A DNA stretch of 64,000 nt from Cyanophora paradoxa CCMP329 (taxonomy: Eukaryota; Plantae; Glaucophyta). Position 1 is the first letter of the stretch; the number at the start of each line of letters is the position of its first letter. The position numbers and the translations under genes were made by a program. Under the pieces are notes generated by a model, which was not told the origin of the DNA, did no database searches, and worked only from the letters and a program-made list of their open reading frames with translations. The DNA lies in assembly GCA_004431415.1 (NCBI GenBank), contig QPMI01000159.1, positions 1 through 64,000 on the forward strand. The letters are read 5' to 3'. Positions 25,864-38,107 of this stretch are shown in pieces.

Positions 25864-28096
25864 ATGTCGTGCCCTCGTCAGACCTCCGAGCCGGCCGGGA
25901 AGCGAGCTCGCGTCACGGCGCCGATCATGAATGCGCCGGCGCCGGCGCCGCGTGCTCCGGAGACGGCGGGGGCGCTCGATCGACTATCGGACGCTTTGCT
26001 GGTGAAGGTCTTCGAGTGTCTCGGTCTCCGGACGAGCTGGCCTCTTCGCGCCGTCTGCAGGTACGCACATACTCGCCGGCCGCGGGCGCTGCTGCTGCTG
26101 CTAGCCGCGTTGGGGCTGCGTACCTGATGCTTCGTCGCAGGAGGCTGCGCCGAGTGATCCAAGACGCGGGGTGGCCGAGCCTGGAAGTCTGGGGCGGCGG
26201 ACGGGCCTGCGAGGAGGCGCGGGCGCTGCTGGAGGTGGGACGGCTGCGGCTCGCGGCGGGCGCCCGCGTCTCGCTGCGCTCAGAGATCGGACGGCAGTAC
26301 CGCGCGGAGAGGTGCAGCGCCTTCCACGTCGACCCCCGCATGCAGCAGCAGATGGAGGGCGCGCACCGGGCCACCGCGACGGCCTTCTGCGAGCTCCTCG
26401 CCTCCGTGGCGAGCGGGCAGACCGGCGGAGCGCAGCTGCGCGGAGTGGAGGCGGACATCGGCGTCGTGAGCCTCAGCATGCCGGGGCTCGGCTTGCTCTA
26501 CAGGGCCTGCGCGGGGCCCTTCCTGGTCGGAGTCCTGCGGGCCCTCTGGCCGCCGGGCGGCGCCCCCAGCGGCCTCGAGAGCCTCGCCATCGGCTCCAGC
26601 GGCGGCCAGCTCAAGTGCGCGCGCGAGGGGGACTGGTGGCCGCCGCCCGCCGAGCTGCGGCCCGCGCTGGCGCCCTTCGGACGGCTCCGCTCCCTCGTGC
26701 TCGCCTTCGCGCACTCCGAGGAGGGCGCCGGCCCCGAGTTCGCGGCGGCGGTCGCGGCGAGCTGCCCCCTGCTCCGCGCCCTCGCGATACGCCCCCGGGC
26801 GGGGTCCGCCGACGCGGTGCTGGCCGCCCTCGCGGGGCTGGCGCGCCTCGAGCAGCTGGTCGTCGTGCTGCGGGACGAGTGCGTCGACCGCACCTTCTGC
26901 TCCGTGCGGCACGTGGAGGCCAACCACCGCTCCGACGGCCACGACGTCACGCCGGGCGTCGTCGCATTGGCCGACGGCGAGGCCGGCAAGAGCCTCAGGC
27001 GGCTCGCCTTCTCGCCCACCGGCGACCTGCGGGGGTGCGCACGCACGCTCGCGCCCCCCGGCGGCGCCCGAGTCGCCCGAGACTCACTGGCACGAGCGCG
27101 CGCGCGCGCGCGCAGGCTGGAGGGGATACAGCAGAAGGCGGAACCGGCGCGCCCCGCGATCGCCGTCCTCCGCGCCGACGGGCTGCGCGCCCTCGCGCGC
27201 ATGCCGAACCTCGAGTCCGTCGTCCCCCTCCGGGTGCGGCGCCCCGGCCCGGCCCCGTCCTTGCCAACCGCTCTCCTCACACGAGCGCGCGCGCGCATGC
27301 GGGGCAGATCGACTGGCGCACCGCCGGCGCGCCGGGCGAGCGCAGCCACGAGTCGGTCGCGGTGCTCTCCCGCCTGGCGAAGCTGCGGGAGGCCGCCGTC
27401 TTCTGCCTCTCGGCGGCGGAATTCGAAGAGGGCTGCGACGACATCGAGGCGCGCCTGTGCGCCGCGGCCGGCCACGCGCTCTCCTCCTGGCCGAACCTCT
27501 CCACGCTGCACCTCTGGTGGCGCGGGCGCAGCGCCGGCGACTTCGGCGCAGCGCTCGGCAGCCCGACCGCGCGCGCGGCCGTGGCGCACCTGCACCTGTG
27601 CGCCCTCGCGCCCTGGGGCGGCCCCGCCGTCGCGGCGGCGCTGGAGGGCCTGCCCTCCCTGCGGAGCCTGGAGCTGGAGCTGCGCCGCATGGCCGAGGGC
27701 GACGTCCTCGCCGTGCTGCGCAGCCCGGCCGCCCGGCGGGCGCTGACCACGCTGGCCATCTCCATGCGCCGCCCCCTCTCGATGGCCGAGGCCGAGGCGA
27801 TCACGGCCCTCCCCGCCCTACGGAGCCTCGTCGTGCACCCCATGCTGGCGTCGAACGAGGACATGCTCCCCATCCAGGTGCCCCCCCCCGCGCCCGCATC
27901 CGCATCCGCCCCGGCCGCCTCGAGCCCCTGTCTAAGCGCGCGCCGGCGCCAGCTGCTGCGCGGGCTCAGACCCCGTGCCGAGGTCTGGGTCGAGGCGCAG
28001 CACAGCGAGCGCCCCGCCCGCGGCTTCGGGCGCAACCGCTTCGCGCGCGCCTGCTCCGAGATCCAGAGGATGTTCCTTTTCGATCATTTAGAATGA
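25864..28096 (+). CDS. F-box / leucine-rich-repeat protein
   Basis: F-box-like LDRLSDALLVKVFECLGLRTSWPLRAVCR|RLRRVI; LxxLxL repeats (CPLLRALAI, LPSLRSLEL, LPALRSLVV). Confidence 0.8.
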
Positions 28097-28697
28097 GTGG
28101 CCGTAGCCCGCGGCTCCGCCGGCGCCGGGGCTTATCGAGCTTATCGATATCGGGGCCGGCGCCGCCCGAGGGCCTCCCAGGTCATCGGATCTTCGCGGTC
28201 AAGAGTCGCTTTTACATATTTCGTATAGTTTCGTATTCGGAAAGAGCACGTGCACATTCTCCCGAGTCGATCTTGCTACATACTTATAATTATAGCTACT
28301 GTCCGACGGTCTCGTGAGGTCTACAACTGTGTTTAAGTAAATTAAATTAGCTATAGACTGCATGTAGATATGTACAAAAACGTGCGAAAAAAACGCGCGA
28401 AATTCTTGTTGATGCAATTAAAATGCCGCAGTGCTACAGCTATAGCTACATGATATAATATTATACGCAATTAAGCTTCTAAATTCAAGGGCGATCTTCG
28501 GAATCGACGAATTAAATGAAAGCGAAGGCTAGCTCCAGGCGGATCGATGGAAAGAGCTCGCAGCCGGGCTGGTGGGGTCGTCCCGCGGCCGGTCCCGCGG
28601 CCGGTCCGGGTCGGAAATTTCGGGCGGAGAAGAGCTGCGGAGCAAAGCCTGCGGGTTCGATTCCGGGGGCAGGGAGGGGAGGGGGCAGGAAATGAAA

Positions 28698-29534
28698 TCA
28701 GCGAAGGCGGGATCCGATGATCGGAGTCTGGAGGAGAAACAGAGGCAGGCGGACCAGGAGGCCTGGGCTGGCGCTGTGCCTCCGCCCCTCGAGCTCGGCG
28801 TCGGCGCCGCCCTCGGAGGACGCGTCGGGGTCCGCGGAGCGAGCTCCGTCGCCGGCGCCGTCGCGGGACAGGGAGCAGGCGCGGGAGATTTCGCCGGCCA
28901 GAGCCTCGGCGGCCCCCGGGTCCGGAGACTGCAGCGCCAGCTCGAGCGGGGAGCCGGGGCCGGGGTCCGGGTACGGGTCCACCCCCCGCGAGAACTCGGA
29001 GCTCCAGCTCGGGATCGACATCGAGGGCTCCGGCGGGCCGATCGCGACGCTCAGGCCGTAGTCGGAGCCGGAGCCGCCAAGCTCCAGCTCCGAAGCGGGG
29101 TCCGAGGACGCCGGTCGTGAGGCGGGCGGGGCGATCGCGACCCGCCCAGGGGTCGCGGCGGCCGCGGCTCGGGCGGCTTGCAATCGCACGTCCCGCCGGT
29201 ATAGCGCGAAACCGCTCATGCGGCTGAGCACGAACGACGGCAGCTGCAGCTCTGTCGACGTCGCTGTTGCTGTTGCTGCAGATGCTGCGCTGCCCAGACT
29301 CGACGCTGAACTTAGCTGGGTCGGCATCTCTCCGGATCCGTCCTCATGATCAGCTGGCGGGCCTGCGCCCGGAGGAACGGCGGCGCGCGGCGGGTCGCCG
29401 TAAGCGCCGCCATAAGGTTGCGCCTCCCCGAGCGGCACCGCGGTCGAGCTCAACGGTACCAGGCCTAGGGGGAGCTCGAGGAGTGGCCGCGCGACGTACG
29501 CGGGCGATGCTGGCGAGCCGGGGGGGGATTCCAC
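28698..29534 (-). CDS. Hypothetical low-complexity protein
   Basis: 278-codon ORF with host-like C/G-ending codons in its 3' half; no recognisable domain; ends uncertain. Confidence 0.35.
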   Translation of the reverse strand: MESPPGSPASPAYVARPLLELPLGLVPLSSTAVPLGEAQPYGGAYGDPPRAAVPPGAGPPADHEDGSGEMPTQLSSASSLGSAASAATATATSTELQLPSFVLSRMSGFALYRRDVRLQAARAAAAATPGRVAIAPPASRPASSDPASELELGGSGSDYGLSVAIGPPEPSMSIPSWSSEFSRGVDPYPDPGPGSPLELALQSPDPGAAEALAGEISRACSLSRDGAGDGARSADPDASSEGGADAELEGRRHSASPGLLVRLPLFLLQTPIIGSRLR

Positions 29535-32500
29535 GGGGAGAAAGATGGGTTCCGAGACGATGCGCCGGGCGAGCTCCGCCTGCCCGCAAGAAATTCATTA
29601 GTATAAGCCTTACGAGTTACGAGCGCGAAAATAAAATAAAGCTTTTTAAGCGGATGCGAGGGCCCGCGGCGCTCTCGATTCACCGGAGCGAGGCGGAATG
29701 GCGTCGTGTCCGACTCCCAAGGCCTGGACCGGGAGCTCGCGCTTGCCCCCGATCCGCTGCGGCTGCCTCCGCCCCCGCCGGCTTGTACATGACGGGTCGG
29801 CATCAGCGCCGGCGCCGCAGTCGTCGACGTAGACGCCGTCCCGCGGCCGTCGACGCGTACGCGTGAGTCGCCAGCTGCAGCGGTATCGCTTCGCGGCTGA
29901 TCACAGCCTGTCGTCGACTCTGGATCCAGCGCGATGTCAGCTGCAATGGCCGCGCGCCCACTGCAGCCGCGAACGCGGCTGCCGCTGGCGCTGACCGGTA
30001 CCTGGCCGAGCACGTAATTATACCTGACGAGCTCGAGATCTAGATCCGGATCCCCGCGGCCGGAGTTCAGGGTCCAGCCGAGAAGTTCTCAGCGGCTGCA
30101 GCCTGCAGCTGCGCAAGCAGGAACCGAGCATGCGTACGTATGTAGTAGTACAGTAGTACGAATTCTCGACGTGCTGCGAACTAGTACTACCGAGTCGACG
30201 TCCTGACTTCACTGAGTCAAGGCTTGCTTCACCGAGTCGACGTCCCGAGTCGACGACGACTCGACGTTGGTGCAGCTACTAGCCTAGTAGTACTGCTAAG
30301 CAGTGCTAACTTACAGTGCTAAGCGGCGGCCGCGGGCGCTGGACCGGAGCGCTAGCGGAGGGGGCGGGTGCCTCCCCGTCCGACGGTCGGTCTGCCAGGC
30401 TGCACGCGTACGGCTTGCAATTGCACGTGCCACGGTGGGGCGGCCGGGCGCGGCGCGCGGGGCGGCGGCCGGGCCGGGCCGGCTCGGCGGGGGCGCCGAC
30501 AGGCCTAGTAGGTGATCATCGATCCCGGCCGCGGATATCGCATCTTGGCAATCGATCATCGGATATCGCTGTCGATATCGGCGCATGCGCGCGCAGCGCC
30601 GCACTGCGGCAGCGCGCGCAGGGCCGCATGCGCATGCGCAGCCGCGCGCTCATGCTCAGCGCACGTGCAGGTCCCGTAGAGTCGGCGACGTGCTCGGCGT
30701 ACACTAAGGTAGTACCGTACTACGGTAGTACGTATACAGTATACTGCAACAGTCTGCAAGACGGCAAGAGATCCAGTACCCCCTGGTAACAGTGTCAAGT
30801 CACTGCCGCAGTGCGCATGCAGCTGTCAACCGTCGACCGTCGGACGTCGATATCGATTCGCGGCGGCCGCCGGCCCGGCCCGGCGCCGCCGCCGCGGCCG
30901 CCGCGCCCGCGGCCGGCCGCCGGCGCCGGCCCGGCGGCCGGCGCCGCCCGGCGGTTATAATTAGTCGCCGGCGCCGACTCGCCGCCGATCGCGACTCGCC
31001 GGTTTCTATTAGGGTAAAAAACTTTTCACCGGCGAATCGCCGCGGCCGACGCACGGCCGTCCACTCGCCGAGCGAGGGGCCGTGATCGTTTGACGGTTTG
31101 AGCATATGCATAATTCTCGGCATGTGCATATGCATGGGGCAGGCCCTGTTCTGATTGAGATATTTTAATCGGCTGATTGATACAAAAATGAATGAAAGGG
31201 CTTTTTATGCGGCGCGATTGGCTTACTTCTGTTTATCCGGAATGCATGCATATGGAATGCATGTTCAAGTCTTCAAGAGTCCCTTAAGCAGTGCTGTCAT
31301 TATAATGGACACGGGAGGTCGGGCATTATTTAATGAGGCATTATAATGCATTATAATGTATTATTATATTAAATACACATTAATTACGTTTAAACGCACT
31401 TTCCGCTCATCTTTGGCGCTGTGAACGCTATCTAAAGATTCTAAACGCCGCAAAAGCATGTCTAATGCATCTAGAAGCCACCTGGAGTCGTTTATGACCC
31501 TCCTGGAAGCCTTGAAGGCTGGAGATGGCCTGGAGCCCCAGGGAAGGCCTCACTGAGACTCATCCAGCACCTCAACTAAGCCTTCCGAAGCTTGTACAAG
31601 CGAGTCCCTGCGGAGCAGGAGTGGCCTTGGGTCTTGGGGACTCAAGGCGTGAGGGTGGTCGCTCTTTGTTTTTAAAACGCGTACGGGGGCCCGCAACCGC
31701 GCGCGGTTATTGGGGAAGGGTAAAACACTTCCCCTGTCCCTCTCCTTTGGGCCCAACCCTACCCCAAATCTCATTTCCCCGACCTCCGCAAAACCCGGGC
31801 CGCGCGGTACGTCCTGAAAGCGCATCCCAAAAGGACCTCGAAACCATGTCTCCCGGTCCCGTACGACCAAAGGGTGACCCAGGAACAGGCACCAACACCC
31901 GGGACAAAAACGGGTCCAGCGACGCACAGGGTGCAGATATACGGGCCAAACCAGTTCGAGGTCGTTGCGCACATCATATCCGACATTCCGTACTGCAAGA
32001 GCGAGGCCGTGCGCGAGCGCGGTAGCGCAGGAGATCGCCGCGCGTGCTAGCCAATCACGTTGCAGAGTCAGAAACGCTCTGCAAAAGTCTTTTTACGGAA
32101 CCCCCCATTCCTCTTCCCCCCCCCCACTGGCCGATGCGCAGTGGCCCCGGCCGCAGCTCCGCTCGGTTCGACACTTTCGCTCTTCTCTCGCGCGCGCACG
32201 GCAGTTTGCTATATAGCTAGCCGAGCCAGCCGCGCACGACCCAACCGCGCCAACTGAGCGAGCCGGCCGCATGCACGTGCACACCAGCTTTCGCCTACGG
32301 CCGGCCATGCCCACGCCCATGCGGCGCGCGCGCTACCGGCCCCTCGACGCCATGGCGCATGCATGCGCGAGCCGCTGCGCGCGCTGCCATGGCGCCCGCT
32401 AGCGATGTGCGCTGTGCGCGTGCACGTGCGCAATGCTTATGGATCCCCTCGGCCGCTTACCCAAGAGCAGCCAGCGCGCTCCTCCGCGCCGTGCACCTGC

Positions 32501-33812
32501 CAGCCGCGCCGACGCGCGCTGGCCCGTCGGCGCGGCTGGCCCCGTCACGGCGTAAGCCATGGCTGACATCGCTAGCTTCTGGCCACGCGCGACGTCGATG
32601 GGCCGGGGCAAGCTCGAGCTCGATGGGGACACGGCCGCGGGCACAACTTGGCAAGGTACGCATCCCCCCGCGTCCTATACCTACCTCTTCTAGAATTTCG
32701 AAAACAATCGCTGAGACTTGAAGACTCTGAGACAGCTTGCCAGTTGCCTGGCGCCGGCCCGGAGGCCATGCATATGCATATGGCCCGGCGTCCAGCCTTG
32801 ATCATGAGTTTCTTCCTTTTCCTGCTTTAGATCTAGATCTCCGAATTTGCCAAACCTTATTTAATTAAGTCGAGCCGTCGCACCTTCAGCCTAGCTGTTG
32901 TTTCAATTTCCCTTCCCCGGACCCAACTGACGCGCTCAGCAAGTCAGTGGCCCTTTATTACTAGTATATATATTTACTGCTGCAGCTGTTGAGCCCGGAG
33001 AGGACTACCGTAGTACGCGGCTGTACGCCGCCTAGTAGCTTCTAGCCTAGTAGCTTGGTCTAGCTAGCGCCAGCGATTCGTGCCGGCGCCACGGTGCGCC
33101 ACGCCGCGCGCGCCGCGCGCGTGGCGGTCTCGTACGCGTATATCGATATCAGCTGCAGTGACTCTGAGCTGAGCGAAGCGACGCGTGACGCGCGCGGCTC
33201 GGTCACGTGCACGGCCGCGGTGACTCCAGCCTACCAGCCGGGTACAGAGGCTTTTTGCAATTTCCATCGGCGAAGGGGAAGCAAGCTGGAAGCCAATGAT
33301 ATTTGCGCTTGTCCGTGAATGGGGCGATTGAGCTTTTTGGCCAATGGCGATCGGGCTTCACGCGAACAATTTCGTTCGTACGTGCTGTTAGTGCTTGTTA
33401 GAGGTGTCACATTTGAAAAGTAGCGCCGCCATCGTGCTCCCTAGGGTCGAAAATGGGTACCTAGGTCCAAAAATTTTGTCTATAAAATCAAGTTGAAGTT
33501 TGACACAAGATAGGCACAGACCTAAGGGCCTCTCCTTTCCCCAAGGCCGAAAGCCTTCCTAAGTGTTAAGGAAGTGTTAATCGGCTTATATAGAACGTTT
33601 GAGCGTTGATCGTGCGCCCCCCTTTAGCTCCGCCACGCCTAAGGGATGGAGTCGATGTACCCCCCCTCCAACTCGTCAACCTCTCCTAAGGCAGCAAGAA
33701 CCGCTCCGAAAGTGATTTAAAGCGTTCCGGCGGCTCTGTTTAGCTGTTAGAAGGTCGGAGATCAACTTCTACGCTCTAGATTCGCCGAAAAACGTCGCGC
33801 CGAAAATAACCA

Positions 33813-35880
33813 TTTTTTTTTTGAGAGACTACGGTGGGGCGAACCCCCCGTAGGTAGTGATATTAAAGACAACAAAGCAATCACAAATCAAAGATACAGT
33901 AAACTAGCACAAAATATATACAGAATCAAGAGGGATCACGAGAAAGGACACGATCAGAAGAACGCAAAAGATAAGGAGAACGAGCACGAGGAGAAGGAGT
34001 AGAAGAGCTCAAGGGCGTCGATGCAGAAGTACTAGTCACACTAGAACGACGAGGAGCACGGGGACGCAGCAAATAAGGAGAACGAGCACGAGGAACTACA
34101 GTCGAAGACGAAGATCTAGACGAAGACGACAAGACAGAGCTAACAGCAGAACTAGAAGACGTAGTCGCAGGAGGCAAAGGCGGTAGAACAGTAGGAGAGG
34201 CGAAACGTAGGACACCACTAGAGGGGAAAGTCGAAGCTGGCGGAGTGTCTAAACGGAATCGAGATTGTAGAGTTGGTAAAACAATGGACGGCTGAAGACT
34301 AATCTGAGGAACTGGGGACGACACGAGGAAAGGGGCAGAGCTCGGGTGCAGACTCGGAATCGGCAGTATAAGAGGAGGGCGAAACGCAAGCCAGTAGTGA
34401 CAGGGAAGGCAGACGATGGGCTGAACCAGGCGGGAGAGGCAAATATAGCGAAGTAGAAGAGAGAGAAGGGTACACACGAGGAACGTCACCATACACAAAA
34501 TACTCGCTGCCAAAAACTATACGGTCTGACGGTCGCTGAAGATAAAGAGGCGGAACTGCCTGAGGGCTAACAGTGAGAGATGGAGGAGGAAGAGGCAGAG
34601 CTAACGACAAAGGGAACGGAATCAAAGGTACAGGGAAGGCATGGAATACACGAGGAACTGGAAGGTGGAGGGGGCCAGTGCTCCTAACTAACATCGATGA
34701 AGCATCTGATGGAGGTGACGGCAAAACAACTGAGGGTAAACTAAGTTGAGGTGAAGCGAAGATTGATACAAGACTATCATGAATCAAAGGGGCCATGCAG
34801 GAACCGGCGGGCGAGGTGGATCTGGCGGGACAGCCAGAGGGGAAGCCGAAGGTACAGGAGAGGAAAGCCGCAGGCGCCGAGACACATGGACAGGGGACGG
34901 ATCGGCATCGGGAGGCAAGGTTGAATTCGACGGAGACCGGGGCGGCGGATTCGTGAAACGGAAGGTATCAGAGAAGGACTAGGGGGGGCAGGGAAGTACG
35001 GAGCCGCTGAGCAGGTGGCGACGGTGAGGGTGCAGGGGAGCGAATCCGTCGCAAAGTCGGAACAGGCTGACGGGGCTCGGCATATGTAGCCGCAGCTGCA
35101 GGAGCTGGAGCAAGCACTGGGGGTGCCGGATCCGGAGACTGGAGGCGGGGGCGCTGGGCAGGAGGCACAGGATCTGGAGGATTCTCTGAACTAGAGGGGG
35201 TTCGAGGTCGGCGAACGCCACGGGCGTTAGCAGGATGTTTATCAGCCCGAACATGACGGTCACGATCAGCAGAAGACTGAAAGTTCTTCCCACAAATAGG
35301 GCATATTAATGTGGAGGCAGAAGCGGCGCTAGCGCTAGCATCGGCAGACGAGCTCAAACGAGAACTCGAGGGAGCCGGGACCGAAGCTGTATCAGCGCTA
35401 GCAGATGGCCTCGCAATGTGCTGAACTTGAGGATTCACGCCGACGCCATTAACTGTAGTAGCAGGCCTAGGGGTAGCGACTGCAGGGGGCCCGGGACCGC
35501 GACTGCTGGGGGCCCGAGCGCTGTAGAGGGATAGCTCCGCGCACAGAAAAGAAGCTCGCATCAAAAATAGATTGAGGGGGCTAGGGCGGTCACGTGACTC
35601 AGGGTTTGAACCATCGTAATCAGAGCCCTCCCCTAAATGCCGTAAACGAAGAAGCTCAATGCGCTCGACAGCAGGAGGCAACGTAATCTCGAGAATATCC
35701 AGAAAACGTTTCCACAGGTTTAGCAGAGCATTAACGGAGTACACTGGTACCCGCTCAGCAAGTAAATTATCGGGTGAGAGATATGCACGGGACAGCTGAA
35801 AAATTGCGTAAATGCCCGCCAAAATATAACCGAGATACCGAACACAGAAATCGGCATCCACAGAAGATGTGATCAATGTC
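33813..35880 (-). mobile_element. Poly(A)-tailed non-LTR-type retroelement, copy 1 (~2.07 kb, probably 5'-truncated)
   Basis: T10 at 33813-33822; 13-bp TSD CCGAAAATAACCA (33800-33812, 35881-35893); near-identical to 47517-49270 and rc of 37551-37649; lower GC than host genes. Confidence 0.9.
33926..35880 (-). CDS. Element-encoded C2H2 zinc-finger, Pro/Ser/Arg-rich ORF (broken by homopolymer frameshifts)
   Basis: CPICGKNFQSSADRDRHVRADKH; track ORFs 34968-35900, 34299-34796 and 33926-34513 can be joined at G/C runs; T-ending codon bias; C-terminal PRARSPYLLR twice. Confidence 0.6.
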
Positions 35881-36502
35881 CCGAAAATAACCACCCACAT
35901 TAAATAATGTCCATTATATATATATATATTTACGCCGGTTTATAATTAATGTATACGTACTTAATGGACATTAAATAATGTCATTAATTAAAAACGTACA
36001 TTATAATGACAGCACTGCCCTTAAGCTTGCCAAGTTGTGCGAATCGGCCTAGGCCTACAAAATAAAAGGCTGCAATGAGAATCACACCTTCGATTCTCGC
36101 CCGTTCCAATTCTAGATCATGCATATGCCCCTAAAATTGCTGGCTAAAATGCTTGCAAATTTATATTTGCTACTGAATGGCAAGCTAGAAAAGAAATTAA
36201 TAGCCCGACATGTACGAGGTTTCGGCTGTACGGGTGCCACTGTCGGGTGGCAAGTTACACTGGCAACGGGCCAAATTAAGTTTTCCCGGCGGAGTCGATC
36301 CTGCTCTACGCGTACGGTTAAACGTTAGGGCGCTGGCGGCCCAGTGGCGGGATCCCGAAGGCGAATCCGATGATCAAGGATACTAGTATCATGAATCATG
36401 ATCAATCAGGGACGTGGACGGACGGAAGTGCTGAAGCCACACGCTCCGGCCGCGGGAGCCGGCGCTGATCGTGGAGCTCAAGCCTGCTGGGAGCAGCGGC
36501 TG

Positions 36503-38073
36503 CTAAGGGGCGGGCGCTGGGGCGGAGGGGGCGGTCGCCTCCCCGTCGGTCTGCGCGGCTTGCGCGAGGGGCGGCGGCGGGGCGGCGGCCGGCCCCGGCT
36601 CGGCGGGGGCGCCGACGGATCCGCGGCGGGGCGCCCACTTCGAAATGACGGAGAGCAGGAGCGAGCGCGCGACCGGCTTGCTGCGCACGCGCCCCGAGCC
36701 CCGCCGGACACGTTCAGCGAACCAGCCCCAGCCTCTGGCGGGAAGGGCGGGCCCGGTCCCCGGGGCGGCTCACCTGAGGTAGTCCGACATGCCGGAGCTC
36801 ATCACGCCGGCGCGGTCTGCGCGCGGCAGCGGCTCGGGCTCGGGCTGTGGAAAATCAAAGCAATGAAATCAAATTTGAGGCACCGTGGGAGGAGGAGAAG
36901 GCTGTGCAGGCGACGATGGGGGTCGGGGAGGCGAGGCCGAGGCCGCGCTCGACGCCCCGGATCGCCCGCGTCGCCCCGTGCCCGTCTAACCGCGGCATCT
37001 GCACCTGCGCGCGGCGTCTGTAAAGGAGGGGGGAGGGGGAGGAGGGGGTACGCACGTCCATGAAGATGACCTGAGGGGGGGGGGGGGGGGGGGGCGGTCA
37101 GCGAAATTTCTGGGGGAGGGCGGGCGGGGCGGGGCGGGGCGGGGCCGGCTCACGTCGTAGATCTGCGAGGGAGGCGTCAGGGAGTTCAACGAAGAGGGAA
37201 AAGGGGGGGGGGGGGGGAGGGGGGGGGAAGGAACCGTCGCGTCGGGGGGTAGGGAGCCGCCGCGCTCCGCGGCGAGCTGCCGGGCGCGAGCCTGGGCGAG
37301 AGAAGGGGTTCGCGTGAATGAGAGGAAGGCGAAACGGGAGAAACGGAATGGATGGGACCAGTAGGATCGGGTGCCTAAGAGCTAAAGCGGAGCGCCGCGC
37401 TGCGGTCCGACCGGCTTGACGGCTGGAGCTAGACGGCTGGACGGCTAGACGGCTGGAGGTGAACCGCGTCGCGGCGCCGGTCGGCGCTGGACTGGAGCGG
37501 GAGCGGGGGCCCCGAACTCTTACATACGATAATAATGGAGCTCGTATAAATAGTTTACTGTATCTTTGATTTGTGATTGCTTTGTTGTCTTTAATATCAC
37601 TACCTACGGGGGGTTCGCCCCACCGTAGTCTCTCAAAAAAAAAAAAAAATAAATACGGTTTAAACAAAATGCTGGCGGGGGCCCCGCGGGCCCCGAGCTC
37701 TTACATGCGATGTCGTCGGGCCCCAGGAATAATGGAGCTCATATAAATACGGTTTAAGCAGAATTCTAAGGGTGAGTTGGGGGGGGGGAGGAGGAGGGGG
37801 GGTACCTCGAACTGGGCGACGGCGTCGGCGCCGTCGACGGCGAGGGAGACGACGTGCCCGTCGTTCTGCAGGAAGGCCGCCAGCACCCGCCGGTTCATCT
37901 GCGGAGGCGCGAGCGCGGGCCCGCCCCGCATCAGCATCAGCATCTGATATCCCTTGCGGCGGGATATAGACGCAAGGGATATAAGATACTGATGCGGGGC
38001 GGGCCCTCCCCAGATGAACAGGGAGGGGCCAGGAAGGGCGCGGGGGGCGGAGCAGGAGTTCCGCGTGTGTTGG

Positions 38074-38107
<34 letters not shown>

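Larger units (their letters stand above)
31289..36017. mobile_element. Non-autonomous hAT-type DNA transposon (~2.65 kb) carrying a nested retroelement
   Basis: Perfect 19-bp TIR CAGTGCTGTCATTATAATG (31289-31307; rc 35999-36017); perfect 8-bp TSD CCCTTAAG (31281-31288, 36018-36025); cattataatg/cattaaataatg subterminal repeats; no transposase recognised. Confidence 0.9.

Noticed and set aside
33525-33560. GGCCGAAA as a hammerhead ribozyme core (retrozyme/Penelope hypothesis)
   Set aside because: No properly placed CUGANGA core or flanking stems found by eye here or in the retroelement
34299-35000. Programmed frameshifting or recoding in the retroelement ORF
   Set aside because: The breaks fall in G/C homopolymers whose length often differs between copies, more consistent with sequencing error or slippage
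36398-37063. Plus-strand 221-aa ORF
   Set aside because: It overlaps antisense the last exons of the histidine kinase (REC2 and C-terminus)
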